A stretch of DNA of 24,000 nt from Candidatus Calditenuis fumarioli (GTDB lineage: Archaea; Thermoproteota; Nitrososphaeria_A; Caldarchaeales; Calditenuaceae), in the NCBI GenBank assembly GCA_030059665.1, contig JANVYR010000002.1:61286-85285 (forward strand). Reading direction: 5' to 3'. This document shows, piece after piece, positions 13,642 to 22,049 of this stretch (position 1 is the first letter of the stretch; each line of letters opens with the position of its first letter). The position numbers and the translations under genes were made by a program. Below the pieces are notes generated by a model. It did not search any database. It was given only the letters and a program-made list of their open reading frames with translations, and had not been told where the DNA came from.

Positions 13642-14553
13642 ATGGAGCTCGTCTTCCTCGGAACCGGAGGGGGGATGCCTACGCCGGAGAGGGCACTTCC
13701 CGCGCTGGCAGTGAGGTTCGCGGGGTCGGTGCTCCTCTTCGACTGCGGTGAGGGGACGCAGCGCCAGATGGTCTCGGCGGGCCTCGGGTTCCCGTCGTCG
13801 ATGTTCGTGTTCGTCACCCACCTCCACGCCGACCACTACCTGGGCCTCGCGGGGCTGGTGGCGACGCTCGACCTGCTAAGGAGGGAGGCGCCGCTCCGCG
13901 TCTTCGGCCCGCGGGGGACTGGTGAGGTGGTGGCTCGGCTGCTGGAGGCTGCAAGACTGGAGCCGGGGTTCGACGTGGTCGTGACCGAGGTCGGCGAGGG
14001 CGTGGTGATGGAGGAGCGAGAGTTCGTCGTGGAGGCCCTGAGGACGCGCCACACGGTTGAGTCCTACGCCTACAGGCTCAGGGAGAGGGACAGGCCGGGG
14101 AGGATGCGGGTCGAGTTCCTCGAGTCGATCGGCCTCCCGAGGGGGCCTCTCTGGGGCGAGCTGCAGCGGGGCAGGCCCGTCGAGTTCCGTGGCAGGGTCA
14201 TCAGGCCCGAGGAGGCGGTGGATCCTCCGAGGCGCGGAAGGGTGGTGGTCTACTCGGGTGACACGATGCCGTTCGAGGGGATGGTCTCGTTCGCGAAAGG
14301 GGCCGACGTGCTGGTCCATGAGAGCTCCTTCGACTCGTCCCTCAAGTCAAGGGCCATGGAGGACATGCACTCGACGGCGGCTGACGCCGCGGAGATCGCC
14401 CTCAGGGCCGGCGTCAGGAAGCTGGTCCTCTATCACGTCAGCTCGAGGTACAGGGGCAGGTGGGAGGTGCTGCTCGAGGAGGCGAGGAGGGTCTTCCCCG
14501 ACGTGATCCTGCCCTCGGACCTAGATCGTCTTGAGGTCTCCCTGAACAGGTGA
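13642..14553 (+). CDS. rnz: Ribonuclease Z (tRNA 3' endonuclease), short form
   Basis: MELVFLGTGGGMPT..., the HLHADH metallo-beta-lactamase motif, and a length of about 303 aa. ATG 13642 is preferred over the track's TTG 13636. A purine-rich GGGGAGAGGGA lies upstream. Confidence 0.92.
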   Translation: MELVFLGTGGGMPTPERALPALAVRFAGSVLLFDCGEGTQRQMVSAGLGFPSSMFVFVTHLHADHYLGLAGLVATLDLLRREAPLRVFGPRGTGEVVARLLEAARLEPGFDVVVTEVGEGVVMEEREFVVEALRTRHTVESYAYRLRERDRPGRMRVEFLESIGLPRGPLWGELQRGRPVEFRGRVIRPEEAVDPPRRGRVVVYSGDTMPFEGMVSFAKGADVLVHESSFDSSLKSRAMEDMHSTAADAAEIALRAGVRKLVLYHVSSRYRGRWEVLLEEARRVFPDVILPSDLDRLEVSLNR

Positions 14554-15003
14554 GCGCCTCTGCAGCGTGAACGCCTTGGGCGGCCAGGTGGAGAGGTCTA
14601 TGTAGCCCTTCAGCTGCGAGAGCAGGTCGTACACCACCACCGTCCTCGGCGGCTCCCCGTCGGTGACCCTCACCACGCTCCAGTCATCCCTCACCAGCAG
14701 CCTCGAGTCCTCCTCGTCCACCGCCTCGACCGATATCTCCTGGCCCCTCCTGGCCCTTACGACGATTACGTCAGGGGGTATCGAGCCGGACCCCTTCCTC
14801 GCGACGGCCAGCCACCTCTCCTCACCGCCCTCAATCACCCCCATCAGCCCCTCGGAGGACGTGATGGGGCCCATCGGCCTCTCGCCGGCGAGCACCGCGC
14901 CGCACGCCCTGCACTTCCACGCCTCTAGGACCTTCAGCAGCTCCTGGTCGTTGAAGACGTTGAGGGCACCCACGTACAGGAAGTCGTGGACCTTGCAGCT
15001 CAA
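14521..15003 (-). CDS. Hypothetical protein (160 aa) with one CxxC pair, co-oriented with and 2 nt downstream of the MBL hydrolase gene
   Basis: GC3-rich frame with an ATG start. The opposite-strand ORF 14663..15043 is Ser/Thr/Pro-rich low-complexity shadow. No family motif was recognised. Its 3' end overlaps the rnz 3' end by 33 nt. Confidence 0.6.
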   Translation of the reverse strand: MSCKVHDFLYVGALNVFNDQELLKVLEAWKCRACGAVLAGERPMGPITSSEGLMGVIEGGEERWLAVARKGSGSIPPDVIVVRARRGQEISVEAVDEEDSRLLVRDDWSVVRVTDGEPPRTVVVYDLLSQLKGYIDLSTWPPKAFTLQRRSPVQGDLKTI

Positions 15004-15005
15004 GC

Positions 15006-15680
15006 TCAGACCTCCGGCTCGAGGACCTCGACGTTCACGTTGACGAGGGACCTGAAGCGCTCCGCGTCCCTGACGGTCCCGACGATGGCTCCGAAGTGCA
15101 TCGGTATCGCGAGCTTCGGTGATATCGCCTTAGCCGCCTCAGCGGCCTCCTCCGCGGTCATCACGTAGGTCCCGCTGACGGGAAGCAGTGCCACGTCCAC
15201 CTGCCCCAGCTCCCTCATCTCCGGTATGAAGTCGGTGTCGCCGGCATGGTAGACGCTCACGCCTCCGATCCTGATCACGTAGCCCACACCTCCGTACTCC
15301 CTCGGGTGGAAGGGCTGACCGGGTGCCCTGAACTTGTTGACGTTGTACGCGTGGACCGCCCTGTATCCTATTCCGGCCACCTCTCCCGAGTCGCCGGGCC
15401 TGACGTACCTGACCTCCTTAGCCCTCAGGTCGCGGAGGGCCCTGCTGCAGTTCGCGGCCGCCACCACCGTCGTGCCCTCGGGGTCGACGAACCTCCTCAG
15501 GTCATCGGGCGAGCAGTGGTCGAAGTGGTCGTGCGTGACGAAGGCGACGTCCGCCTTCCTCCCCCGAGCCCTGACCTGGAACGGGTCGATGACCACCGTC
15601 CTTCCCCCTCCCTCGATCAGGAAGCCGTCGTGTCCCAGCCAGGTGATGGTCACACCTCCGAAGGTCGCCCTGCTCGGCAC
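15006..15680 (-). CDS. Metallo-beta-lactamase-fold hydrolase (UPF0173-like)
   Basis: ITWLGHDGFLIE... and the HDHFDH motif, about 224 aa. GTG start at 15680. An alternative GTG at 15653 would give MTITWLGHDGF. Confidence 0.85.
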   Translation of the reverse strand: MPSRATFGGVTITWLGHDGFLIEGGGRTVVIDPFQVRARGRKADVAFVTHDHFDHCSPDDLRRFVDPEGTTVVAAANCSRALRDLRAKEVRYVRPGDSGEVAGIGYRAVHAYNVNKFRAPGQPFHPREYGGVGYVIRIGGVSVYHAGDTDFIPEMRELGQVDVALLPVSGTYVMTAEEAAEAAKAISPKLAIPMHFGAIVGTVRDAERFRSLVNVNVEVLEPEV

Positions 15681-15703
15681 GTACCGACAACCGGATTCCT
15701 GAA

Positions 15704-15711
15704 CTAAAAAG
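15704..15711 (-). promoter_or_regulatory. TATA-like box (CTTTTTAG on the minus strand) about 28 nt upstream of the MBL hydrolase GTG
   Basis: It is the only AT-rich stretch in the 43-nt spacer, and the spacing fits a leaderless archaeal promoter. Confidence 0.35.
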
Positions 15712-15723
15712 GCGACGCCTCAG

Positions 15724-15987
15724 CTACCCGGTCCGTTCGCAGAGAGATTTGAGGAAGCGCTCGAGGCGCCTTATCCTGCGCTGGCCCTCATCGGGACCGA
15801 AGAGGAGCTCGTTGAAGCCCTTCAGGAACCTGACCACCTCGAAGCTCCTGTCCCATCTGGCCACCCTGCCGAGCCTGCACGAGACGTTGCCGCAGAGGAA
15901 GAGGACGGACCTCCCTACCCGCTCGAGCCTGACGTTCTCTGGCCTCAGGGTCGTGCCGCAGGGACAGAGGGGCCAGCCGTCGTCCAC
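15724..15987 (-). CDS. Small hypothetical protein (87 aa) with a Cys4 pattern, a possible zinc ribbon
   Basis: CPC...(21 aa)...CGNVSC arrangement. GC3-rich frame with a GTG start. The antisense ORF 15749..16012 is Ser/Arg/Pro-rich junk. Confidence 0.45.
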   Translation of the reverse strand: MDDGWPLCPCGTTLRPENVRLERVGRSVLFLCGNVSCRLGRVARWDRSFEVVRFLKGFNELLFGPDEGQRRIRRLERFLKSLCERTG

Positions 15988-16008
15988 GTCAGTCCGCCAA
16001 AATCCCCA

Positions 16009-16014
16009 TTAATA
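16009..16014. promoter_or_regulatory. Single AT-rich box (TTAATA) midway between divergent start codons 15987 (-) and 16038 (+)
   Basis: It lies about 26-27 nt from both start codons in a 50-nt spacer. This is consistent with a shared, symmetric TATA element for two leaderless transcripts. Confidence 0.4.
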
Positions 16015-16037
16015 GAACTAGCTCGAGGGTAGGACGG

Positions 16038-16784
16038 ATGCTGGTCGACGTCCACGCCCACCTCACCGATGAACGGCTACTGCCTAGGCTGAAGCAGGTC
16101 CTCTCGTCGGCCAGGGCAGCCGGGGTCGTGCGGGTGGTGACCTGCGGCGTAGGCCCCGAGGACTCGATGAGGGCTCTGGGGATCAGGGACGGCTCCGTGA
16201 GGGTCTCTCTGGGCGTGGCGCCCTACGACCTGAGGGGCTACGACCGCGTGATCGAGATCATACGCCGTAACAGGCACCTCGTCGACGCAGTAGGCGAGGT
16301 AGGCCTCGACCTTAAGGTTGGGACCAGAGAGAGTCTGCAGGAGCAGCGGAGGGCCTTCTCCGAGTTCATAGCGCTCGCCAAGGAGCTGGACCTGCCCATC
16401 GTGATACACAGCAGGAACGCCGGGAAGCTGGCGATCGAGCAGCTGCTCGCGGAGAAAGCGGAGCGGGTCGTCATGCACGCCTACGACGGCGACGTCAGCG
16501 CAGCGAAAAGGGCCGCCGAGCGGGGCTTCAAGTTCTCGATTCCACCTCGTATAGCGACCTCGGAGCAGAAGAAGGCGCTGGTCAGGAGGCTCCCGCTGGA
16601 GGCGCTGCTGCTCGAGACCGATTCGCCGTGGCTCGGGCCCGAAAGGACCACGCTCAACGAACCCAAGAACGCCTGGTACTCGGTCGAGTGGATCGCCCGG
16701 ATCAAGGGCGTCAGCCCTGAGCGGGTCGTTGAGGTGACGCTGCGGAACGCCTGCGAGATTTTTGGGTGGGACGACCTGTTGTGA
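16038..16784 (+). CDS. tatD: TatD-family metal-dependent hydrolase / DNase
   Basis: MLVDVHAHL N-terminal His pair, VIHSR, HAYDG and LLETDSPW blocks, 248 aa. Confidence 0.92.
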   Translation: MLVDVHAHLTDERLLPRLKQVLSSARAAGVVRVVTCGVGPEDSMRALGIRDGSVRVSLGVAPYDLRGYDRVIEIIRRNRHLVDAVGEVGLDLKVGTRESLQEQRRAFSEFIALAKELDLPIVIHSRNAGKLAIEQLLAEKAERVVMHAYDGDVSAAKRAAERGFKFSIPPRIATSEQKKALVRRLPLEALLLETDSPWLGPERTTLNEPKNAWYSVEWIARIKGVSPERVVEVTLRNACEIFGWDDLL

Positions 16785-16835
16785 GTGGCTGCCGTATGGA
16801 AAACCTGATCTATTGGATATAATTGCCAATTTTTG

Positions 16836-18116
16836 ATGAGCGGTGGTGGTGCGTTCTCGAGACCGGTCTTTGCCGCCTCCCTGGCGGTCGCGCTTCTGCT
16901 GGGCCTGGTGGCCGGGTTCCTCATCGGAGGTGGCGCTTCAGGAGGGGTCAGGACGGTAACGGCGACGAGCCTCCTCGAGCGTCGGCAGACGGTCACGGAG
17001 CAGCTGACCCTGATCCAGACGTCCACCGTCGTTCGGGAGAGCACGCTGACGGTCACCAGGACCGAGACGGTTCAGGTCGAGAGGAGGGAGCCCGAGGTCA
17101 GGTACGCCAAGTTCTTCTCCTTGGAGCGGGGCGATGGGTACTCGGTTCTCAGGGACGGGCTGAACAGGACGGTGCTGCTGGTGAGGCGCGGCCACAGCGT
17201 ACCTCAGGGCGTCAAGGCGGACATCGTGGTGCAGGTGCCGGTGCAGAGGATGGTGCTGATGTCGGCCACCCACGTCGCGCTGATCGAGCGACTTAGGGAG
17301 TACGCTCCTGACGTCTGGGACCGAGTGGCCGGGATCATGTGGGGCGGTTCCTACCGGTGGTTCTTCCCCGAGGTGGAGAGGAGGCTCTCGGACGGTAAGC
17401 TCGTCGACGTGGGAGCTGCATGGTCGCCCGATTACGAGAAGCTGATCGCGCTCAAACCCGACCTGGTAGTCATCTACACCTTCGAAGGGGACCCTGTGAG
17501 GTCGAAGCTCGAGGAGCTGAAGATCCCTTACGTCGTCAACAGCGAGTACCTCGAGACCACCCTCCTCGGGAGGTTCGAGTGGATCAAGCTCTTCGGAGCC
17601 CTCCTCGGCCTCGACGACGTCACCGCTAAGGTCTTCGACCTGGTCGAGTCGAAGTACATCCTGATCGCCCGGAAGGTCTCGGCGTCGATGGTCACATTCG
17701 GTCTCAGGCCCGTGAAGGTCGCCTGGTTCTCCATTTACAGGGGCACAATATACGTCGCCGGAGGCCAGAGCTATGTGGCCAACGCCATCGCCGACCTCAA
17801 CGCGGTCTACGCCTTCCCGGACCTGCGCAGCACTGGAGGTGCACAGGTGAGCGTCGAGGACTTCGTGGCGAGGGCCCGCGACGCGGACGTCCTGGTCGTC
17901 TCAACGGACCTCCTGACGTCCATCGAGGCGCTGACGGAGGAGTTGCCCCAGATCGCCGAGTTCAAAGCCGTCAGGGAGGGCAGGGTTTACCGTTTCAACT
18001 CCAACATCTACCAGCTGGGCTACATGGACACCGAGGGCTGGTTCCTCGACCTGGCCTCGATGCTCTACCCCGATCTCTTCCCCGGACACGAGCTCTCCTA
18101 CTTCGTCGCGATGTGA
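16836..18116 (+). CDS. ABC transporter substrate-binding protein, Fe3+-siderophore/cobalamin class (Peripla_BP_2-like), membrane-anchored
   Basis: An N-terminal TM helix (FAASLAVALLLGLVAGFLIGG) is followed by a Thr/Val-rich linker and then a binding-protein core containing LKPDLVVIY. ATG 16836 is preferred over the track's TTG 16833. It is followed by cognate permease and ATPase genes. Confidence 0.8.
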   Translation: MSGGGAFSRPVFAASLAVALLLGLVAGFLIGGGASGGVRTVTATSLLERRQTVTEQLTLIQTSTVVRESTLTVTRTETVQVERREPEVRYAKFFSLERGDGYSVLRDGLNRTVLLVRRGHSVPQGVKADIVVQVPVQRMVLMSATHVALIERLREYAPDVWDRVAGIMWGGSYRWFFPEVERRLSDGKLVDVGAAWSPDYEKLIALKPDLVVIYTFEGDPVRSKLEELKIPYVVNSEYLETTLLGRFEWIKLFGALLGLDDVTAKVFDLVESKYILIARKVSASMVTFGLRPVKVAWFSIYRGTIYVAGGQSYVANAIADLNAVYAFPDLRSTGGAQVSVEDFVARARDADVLVVSTDLLTSIEALTEELPQIAEFKAVREGRVYRFNSNIYQLGYMDTEGWFLDLASMLYPDLFPGHELSYFVAM

Positions 18117-18125
18117 GGTAGCCTC

Positions 18126-19124
18126 ATGAGGGCCTTCGCGCTGCCGCTGTTGCTGGCGTCCCTGCTGGCCTCCGTGCTGGCCTCTACGGCCATCGGTTCG
18201 GTCAGGGTTCCCCTCGACACGGTTGTGAAGGGCCTGTTGGGCATCAGGGTGGAGGGGCTCGCCTCGACCGTCATCGACCTCAGGCTCGTCAGGACTGTGG
18301 CGGCCCTCCTCTCCGGTGCCTCCCTCGGCGCCGCTGGCGCGATCCTCCAGTCCCTCTTCCGGAACCCCCTCGCCGACCCCTTCGTGCTCGGGATATCCTC
18401 GGGCTCCTCGCTCGCCATCGCGGCCACCCTCATCGCCGGAACCGGACTCGGCCTCATCAGCTCCTACGACCCCCAGGCCCTCTACGTGGCAGGTGCGCTC
18501 GGCGCTTTCGCGGTCTCCCTCGCGGTCGTCGCACTCTCCTCCCTCGTCAGGTCGAGCCTCGGGCTGGTGCTGGTGGGCGTGATGCTGGGCTACCTCGCAT
18601 CAGGCCTGACGACGCTGCTGGTGGTGACCTCCGATGCCGAGAGGATCAGAGCCTTCACCTTCTGGACCCTCGGTACCTTCTCCGCCTCGAAGTGGTCGGT
18701 GCTGACGCCCGTCCTCCCGCTCGCGTTGGCCTCCCTCATCGCCTCCTCCTTCGTAGCCAAGCCCCTGAACGCCCTCCTCTTCGGCGAGGAATCGGCTGCC
18801 TCCATGGGCGTCTCCCTCCGGGCCTCCCGGGTCGGTGCGGTCGCCGTATCGGCCTCGCTCGTCAGCGCCTCCGTGGTCGTCTCGGGTCCTGTGGGCTTCA
18901 TAGGCCTCGCGGCCCCACACGCCGTCCGGCTCCTCCTCCGCTCCGAGGACAACCGGGTGATCGTCCCCCTGTCAGCGGTTTTCGGCGCCAACCTCGCGAT
19001 CCTCTCGGACGTCGCCGCGAGGACGCTCCTCTCTCCGATCGAGCTCCCGGTGACCGCGATCACCTCGCTCTTCGGCGCACCGACCATCGTCCTGCTGGTG
19101 CTCAGGAGGTGGGGCTTCAGGTGA
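18126..19124 (+). CDS. ABC transporter permease, FecCD/BtuC family
   Basis: RNPLADPFVLGISSGSSL signature region and about 9-10 hydrophobic helices, 332 aa. Confidence 0.9.
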   Translation: MRAFALPLLLASLLASVLASTAIGSVRVPLDTVVKGLLGIRVEGLASTVIDLRLVRTVAALLSGASLGAAGAILQSLFRNPLADPFVLGISSGSSLAIAATLIAGTGLGLISSYDPQALYVAGALGAFAVSLAVVALSSLVRSSLGLVLVGVMLGYLASGLTTLLVVTSDAERIRAFTFWTLGTFSASKWSVLTPVLPLALASLIASSFVAKPLNALLFGEESAASMGVSLRASRVGAVAVSASLVSASVVVSGPVGFIGLAAPHAVRLLLRSEDNRVIVPLSAVFGANLAILSDVAARTLLSPIELPVTAITSLFGAPTIVLLVLRRWGFR

Positions 19125-20374
19125 GGGCAAGAGACCTCCGAATCGGCTACGGCAGGAGGGTCGTGCTCGAGGACGTCTCGCTCGAGATAGAGCCCGGGAC
19201 TCTGACGCTCGTCGTCGGCCCCAACGCTGCGGGCAAGTCGACGCTCCTGAGGTCGCTCGCAGGTATACTCAGGCCGCTGGGCGGCTCGGTCCTGATCGAT
19301 GGCAGGGAGGTGCACCGGATGAGGAGCAGGGAGAGGGCCAGGTCGATCGGCGTCGTCCTCACCGGAAGGCCCCAGCTCTCGGAGATGACGGTGGAGGAGG
19401 TGGTGGGCATGGGGAGGTATCCGTGGACAGGTGCGCTCCACATCCTCTCCCGCAGGGACAGGGAGGTCGTTGAGTGGGCGATGGAGGTGACGGGGACGTC
19501 GCACCTGAGGGGTAGAAGGATCTCCGAGCTCAGCGACGGCCAGCTTCAGCGCGTGCTCATCGCCAGGGCCCTCGCGCAGGAGCCGAGGTACCTGATCCTC
19601 GACGAGCCAACGACCCACCTCGATGCACCCTCGAGGATAGAGGTGATGAGGCTCCTGAGGGACCTCGCCCACGGGCACGGCGTTGCTGTCGTCGCCTCGA
19701 CGCACGAGCTCGAGCTGGCCCTCCGCTTCGCCGACAGGGTCGTCATGGTCTCCTCGGGATCCATGAAGGTCTACGAGCGTCCGGAGGAGGCCGTGCAGGA
19801 CCCGGAGTTCCTGAAGGCGTTCTCCGTCGGAGACGCGGTCACCCTCTCACCGGTCACGCTGTCGCTCGAGGTGATGGCCCGACGCGATGAGGGAGCTCCC
19901 AGGGCTTTCGTGGTCTCCGGCGCGGGCACCGGACCCCCGGTCTTCAGGGCGCTGTTGCGGAGGGGTTTCAGCGTGGCCGCTGGAGTTCTGCACCGGAACG
20001 ACGTCGACTACCACGTCGCCACCTCGCTCGGCCTCGAGGTCGTGGGTGAGCGGCCCTACTTCCCGATATCTGACGAGGCGCTGCGGGCTGCCGTCGAGCT
20101 GGCGGCCTCCTCGGACCTGATCGTCTTCACCTATCCGCCCATCGGTCCCCTGAACTCCGGGAACCTCAGGCTGGTCGAGGAGCTGGTGGAGAGGGGCCTC
20201 GAGGTCTACGGGGTCGGCGCCGATGAGGCCTACGGGGTTCCGGGCGTGAGGTTCGTCGGCTCGGTAGACGAGGTTCCGCTTATCCGGGAAAGGCGGATAT
20301 CCGTCGCGGCCCGACGTGGGGTGTGGTCAGGGACCCGCTGTACAAGTTCTTCGCGGACGTCCAGCGCGTTTTAG
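19121..20374 (+). CDS. ABC transporter ATPase (FepC/BtuD-like) fused to a C-terminal extension of about 160 aa with unknown function
   Basis: The track ORF from 18692 was trimmed to GTG 19121, which overlaps the permease TGA (GTGA). Walker A GPNAAGKST, signature LSDGQLQR, Walker B LILDEPTTHLD. There is no stop between the ABC domain and the extension (…RAFVVSGAGTGPPVFRALLRRGFSVAAGVL…). Confidence 0.9.
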   Translation: MRARDLRIGYGRRVVLEDVSLEIEPGTLTLVVGPNAAGKSTLLRSLAGILRPLGGSVLIDGREVHRMRSRERARSIGVVLTGRPQLSEMTVEEVVGMGRYPWTGALHILSRRDREVVEWAMEVTGTSHLRGRRISELSDGQLQRVLIARALAQEPRYLILDEPTTHLDAPSRIEVMRLLRDLAHGHGVAVVASTHELELALRFADRVVMVSSGSMKVYERPEEAVQDPEFLKAFSVGDAVTLSPVTLSLEVMARRDEGAPRAFVVSGAGTGPPVFRALLRRGFSVAAGVLHRNDVDYHVATSLGLEVVGERPYFPISDEALRAAVELAASSDLIVFTYPPIGPLNSGNLRLVEELVERGLEVYGVGADEAYGVPGVRFVGSVDEVPLIRERRISVAARRGVWSGTRCTSSSRTSSAF

Positions 20375-20940
20375 CGAGATCCGTCGAGCTGAGGCACCTG
20401 CACCTCGCAGACGGCATCAGGGTGTGCGCGATCGACGCCTCCTACTCGGAGAACCGGGTGCGGGTGGGAGCGGTTCTGTGGGAGCTGCCGTCGATGACCG
20501 CGCTCGAGGAGGTCCGGTTCTCGGGCACCACGCACTTCCCCTACATTCCCGGCCTGTTCTACCTGAGGGAGGGGCCCTTCGCGGCCGAGGCCTTCAGGCG
20601 CCTCTCGGTGAGGCCTGACCTACTGCTCCTAGAGGGCCACGGCGTAGCTCATCCCAGGAGGGCAGGCCTCGCCTCGATCGTCGGTTTGGTGACCGGTACG
20701 CCCGCCGTGGGCATCGCGAAGCGTCTCCTCTGCGGCACCGTCGTATGGGGGGAGGGTGGCAGAGGATGGGTCGAGCTGAAGGGGGAGCGCGTGGGGGTCG
20801 CCTACAGGGTCGGTACGAGGGTCTACTACCTGTCCCCGGGGCACATGACGGACCTCGAGACTTTGCTGGAGCTGCTGGACCTCACCGGAGGTAGGCCCCA
20901 CGAGCTGGTCAGGAGGGCCCACGAGCTCTCGCGGTCATGA
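20323..20940 (+). CDS. nfi: Endonuclease V
   Basis: AIDASY, FPYIPGLFYLREG, GHGVAHPRRAGLASIVGL and VGIAK blocks. The GTG start lies 52 nt inside the ATPase gene. Confidence 0.9.
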   Translation: MVRDPLYKFFADVQRVLARSVELRHLHLADGIRVCAIDASYSENRVRVGAVLWELPSMTALEEVRFSGTTHFPYIPGLFYLREGPFAAEAFRRLSVRPDLLLLEGHGVAHPRRAGLASIVGLVTGTPAVGIAKRLLCGTVVWGEGGRGWVELKGERVGVAYRVGTRVYYLSPGHMTDLETLLELLDLTGGRPHELVRRAHELSRS

Positions 20941-21903
20941 TCCAGCGGCCGGTATGCGCGGCTTGACTAGGCCCAGCTTCACGCCCTCGACGAACCTGAT
21001 CGCCTCGAGCGCGGCCATGCACCCGAACCCCGCCGCGGTCACCGCCTGCCGGTACCTCTTGTCGTGGACGTCGCCGGCCGCGAAGACGCCATCCACGCTC
21101 GTCTTCACCAGGTCGCGTGTGACGATGTAGCCCTCCTCGTCCAGCTCCAGCCAGCCCTTGAAGACCTCCGTTGCCGGCGCGTGCCCTATCGCGATGAAGA
21201 CCGCCTCGCACGGGATCACGCTCACCTCTCCCGTCTTCAGGTTCCTCACCCTCACGCCGGTCACCCGGTCCTCTCCGAGGATCTCCTCGACGACGCTGTC
21301 CCAGACGAAGGTGATCTTCGGGTTGGCGAAGGCCCGCTCCTGGAGGGCCTTCGATGCCCTGAGCCTGTCCCTCCTGTGGATCACAGTCACCTTCTCTGCG
21401 AGGTTGGCGCAGAAGAGGGCGTACTCCATCGCGCTGTCACCCCCTCCCACCACGACCATGTTCTTCGCGCCCCGGAAGAGCGGCGCGTCGCACGTCGCAC
21501 ACCCGGAGACCCCCCTCCCCATAAGACGCCTCTCCGACTCGAGCCCGAGCCATTTGGACGCTGCACCGGTTGCCACGATGATCGAGAGCGTCCTGTACTC
21601 CTGGCTGCCGGTCCGGACGACGTACGGGTAGGTCGAGAGGTCGACGCCCGTCACCTCGTCGTAGACCACCTCAGCCCCTGCCCTCTCCGCCTGCTCCCTC
21701 ATCCTGTCCATCAGCTCAGGTCCCATGATGCCCTCCGGGAAGCCGGGGAAGTTCTCGACGAGCGTGGTGAGCATCAGCTGGCCCCCAGGTGTGACGCCCG
21801 CGATCAGCAGCGTCTTCATCCCTCCCCTCGCGGCGTAGATCGCTGCCGTGCAGCCAGCAGGTCCTGAACCTATGACCACGACGTCGTAGACCTCCTGCTC
21901 CAT
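20935..21903 (-). CDS. trxB: Thioredoxin-disulfide reductase
   Basis: FAD motif VVVIGSGPAG, redox-active CATC, NAD(P)H motif GGGDSAMEYA plus HRRDRLRAS. The track ORF was trimmed to ATG 21903 (MEQEVYDVVVIG). The stop codons of trxB and nfi are adjacent and convergent. Confidence 0.93.
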   Translation of the reverse strand: MEQEVYDVVVIGSGPAGCTAAIYAARGGMKTLLIAGVTPGGQLMLTTLVENFPGFPEGIMGPELMDRMREQAERAGAEVVYDEVTGVDLSTYPYVVRTGSQEYRTLSIIVATGAASKWLGLESERRLMGRGVSGCATCDAPLFRGAKNMVVVGGGDSAMEYALFCANLAEKVTVIHRRDRLRASKALQERAFANPKITFVWDSVVEEILGEDRVTGVRVRNLKTGEVSVIPCEAVFIAIGHAPATEVFKGWLELDEEGYIVTRDLVKTSVDGVFAAGDVHDKRYRQAVTAAGFGCMAALEAIRFVEGVKLGLVKPRIPAAGS

Positions 21904-22049
21904 GCCGGATTGCTTCACCGAACGCTCGGTATTTGTGATTGTCTGGGTTACGGTGGATTCGACTCGATGGGCCATCGCTGTCCGGTCAGCGTCCCTGCGC
22001 TCGGAGTTGGCACGAGATTGATATGTGTCGATGGAGTTGGGAGCTCGGG

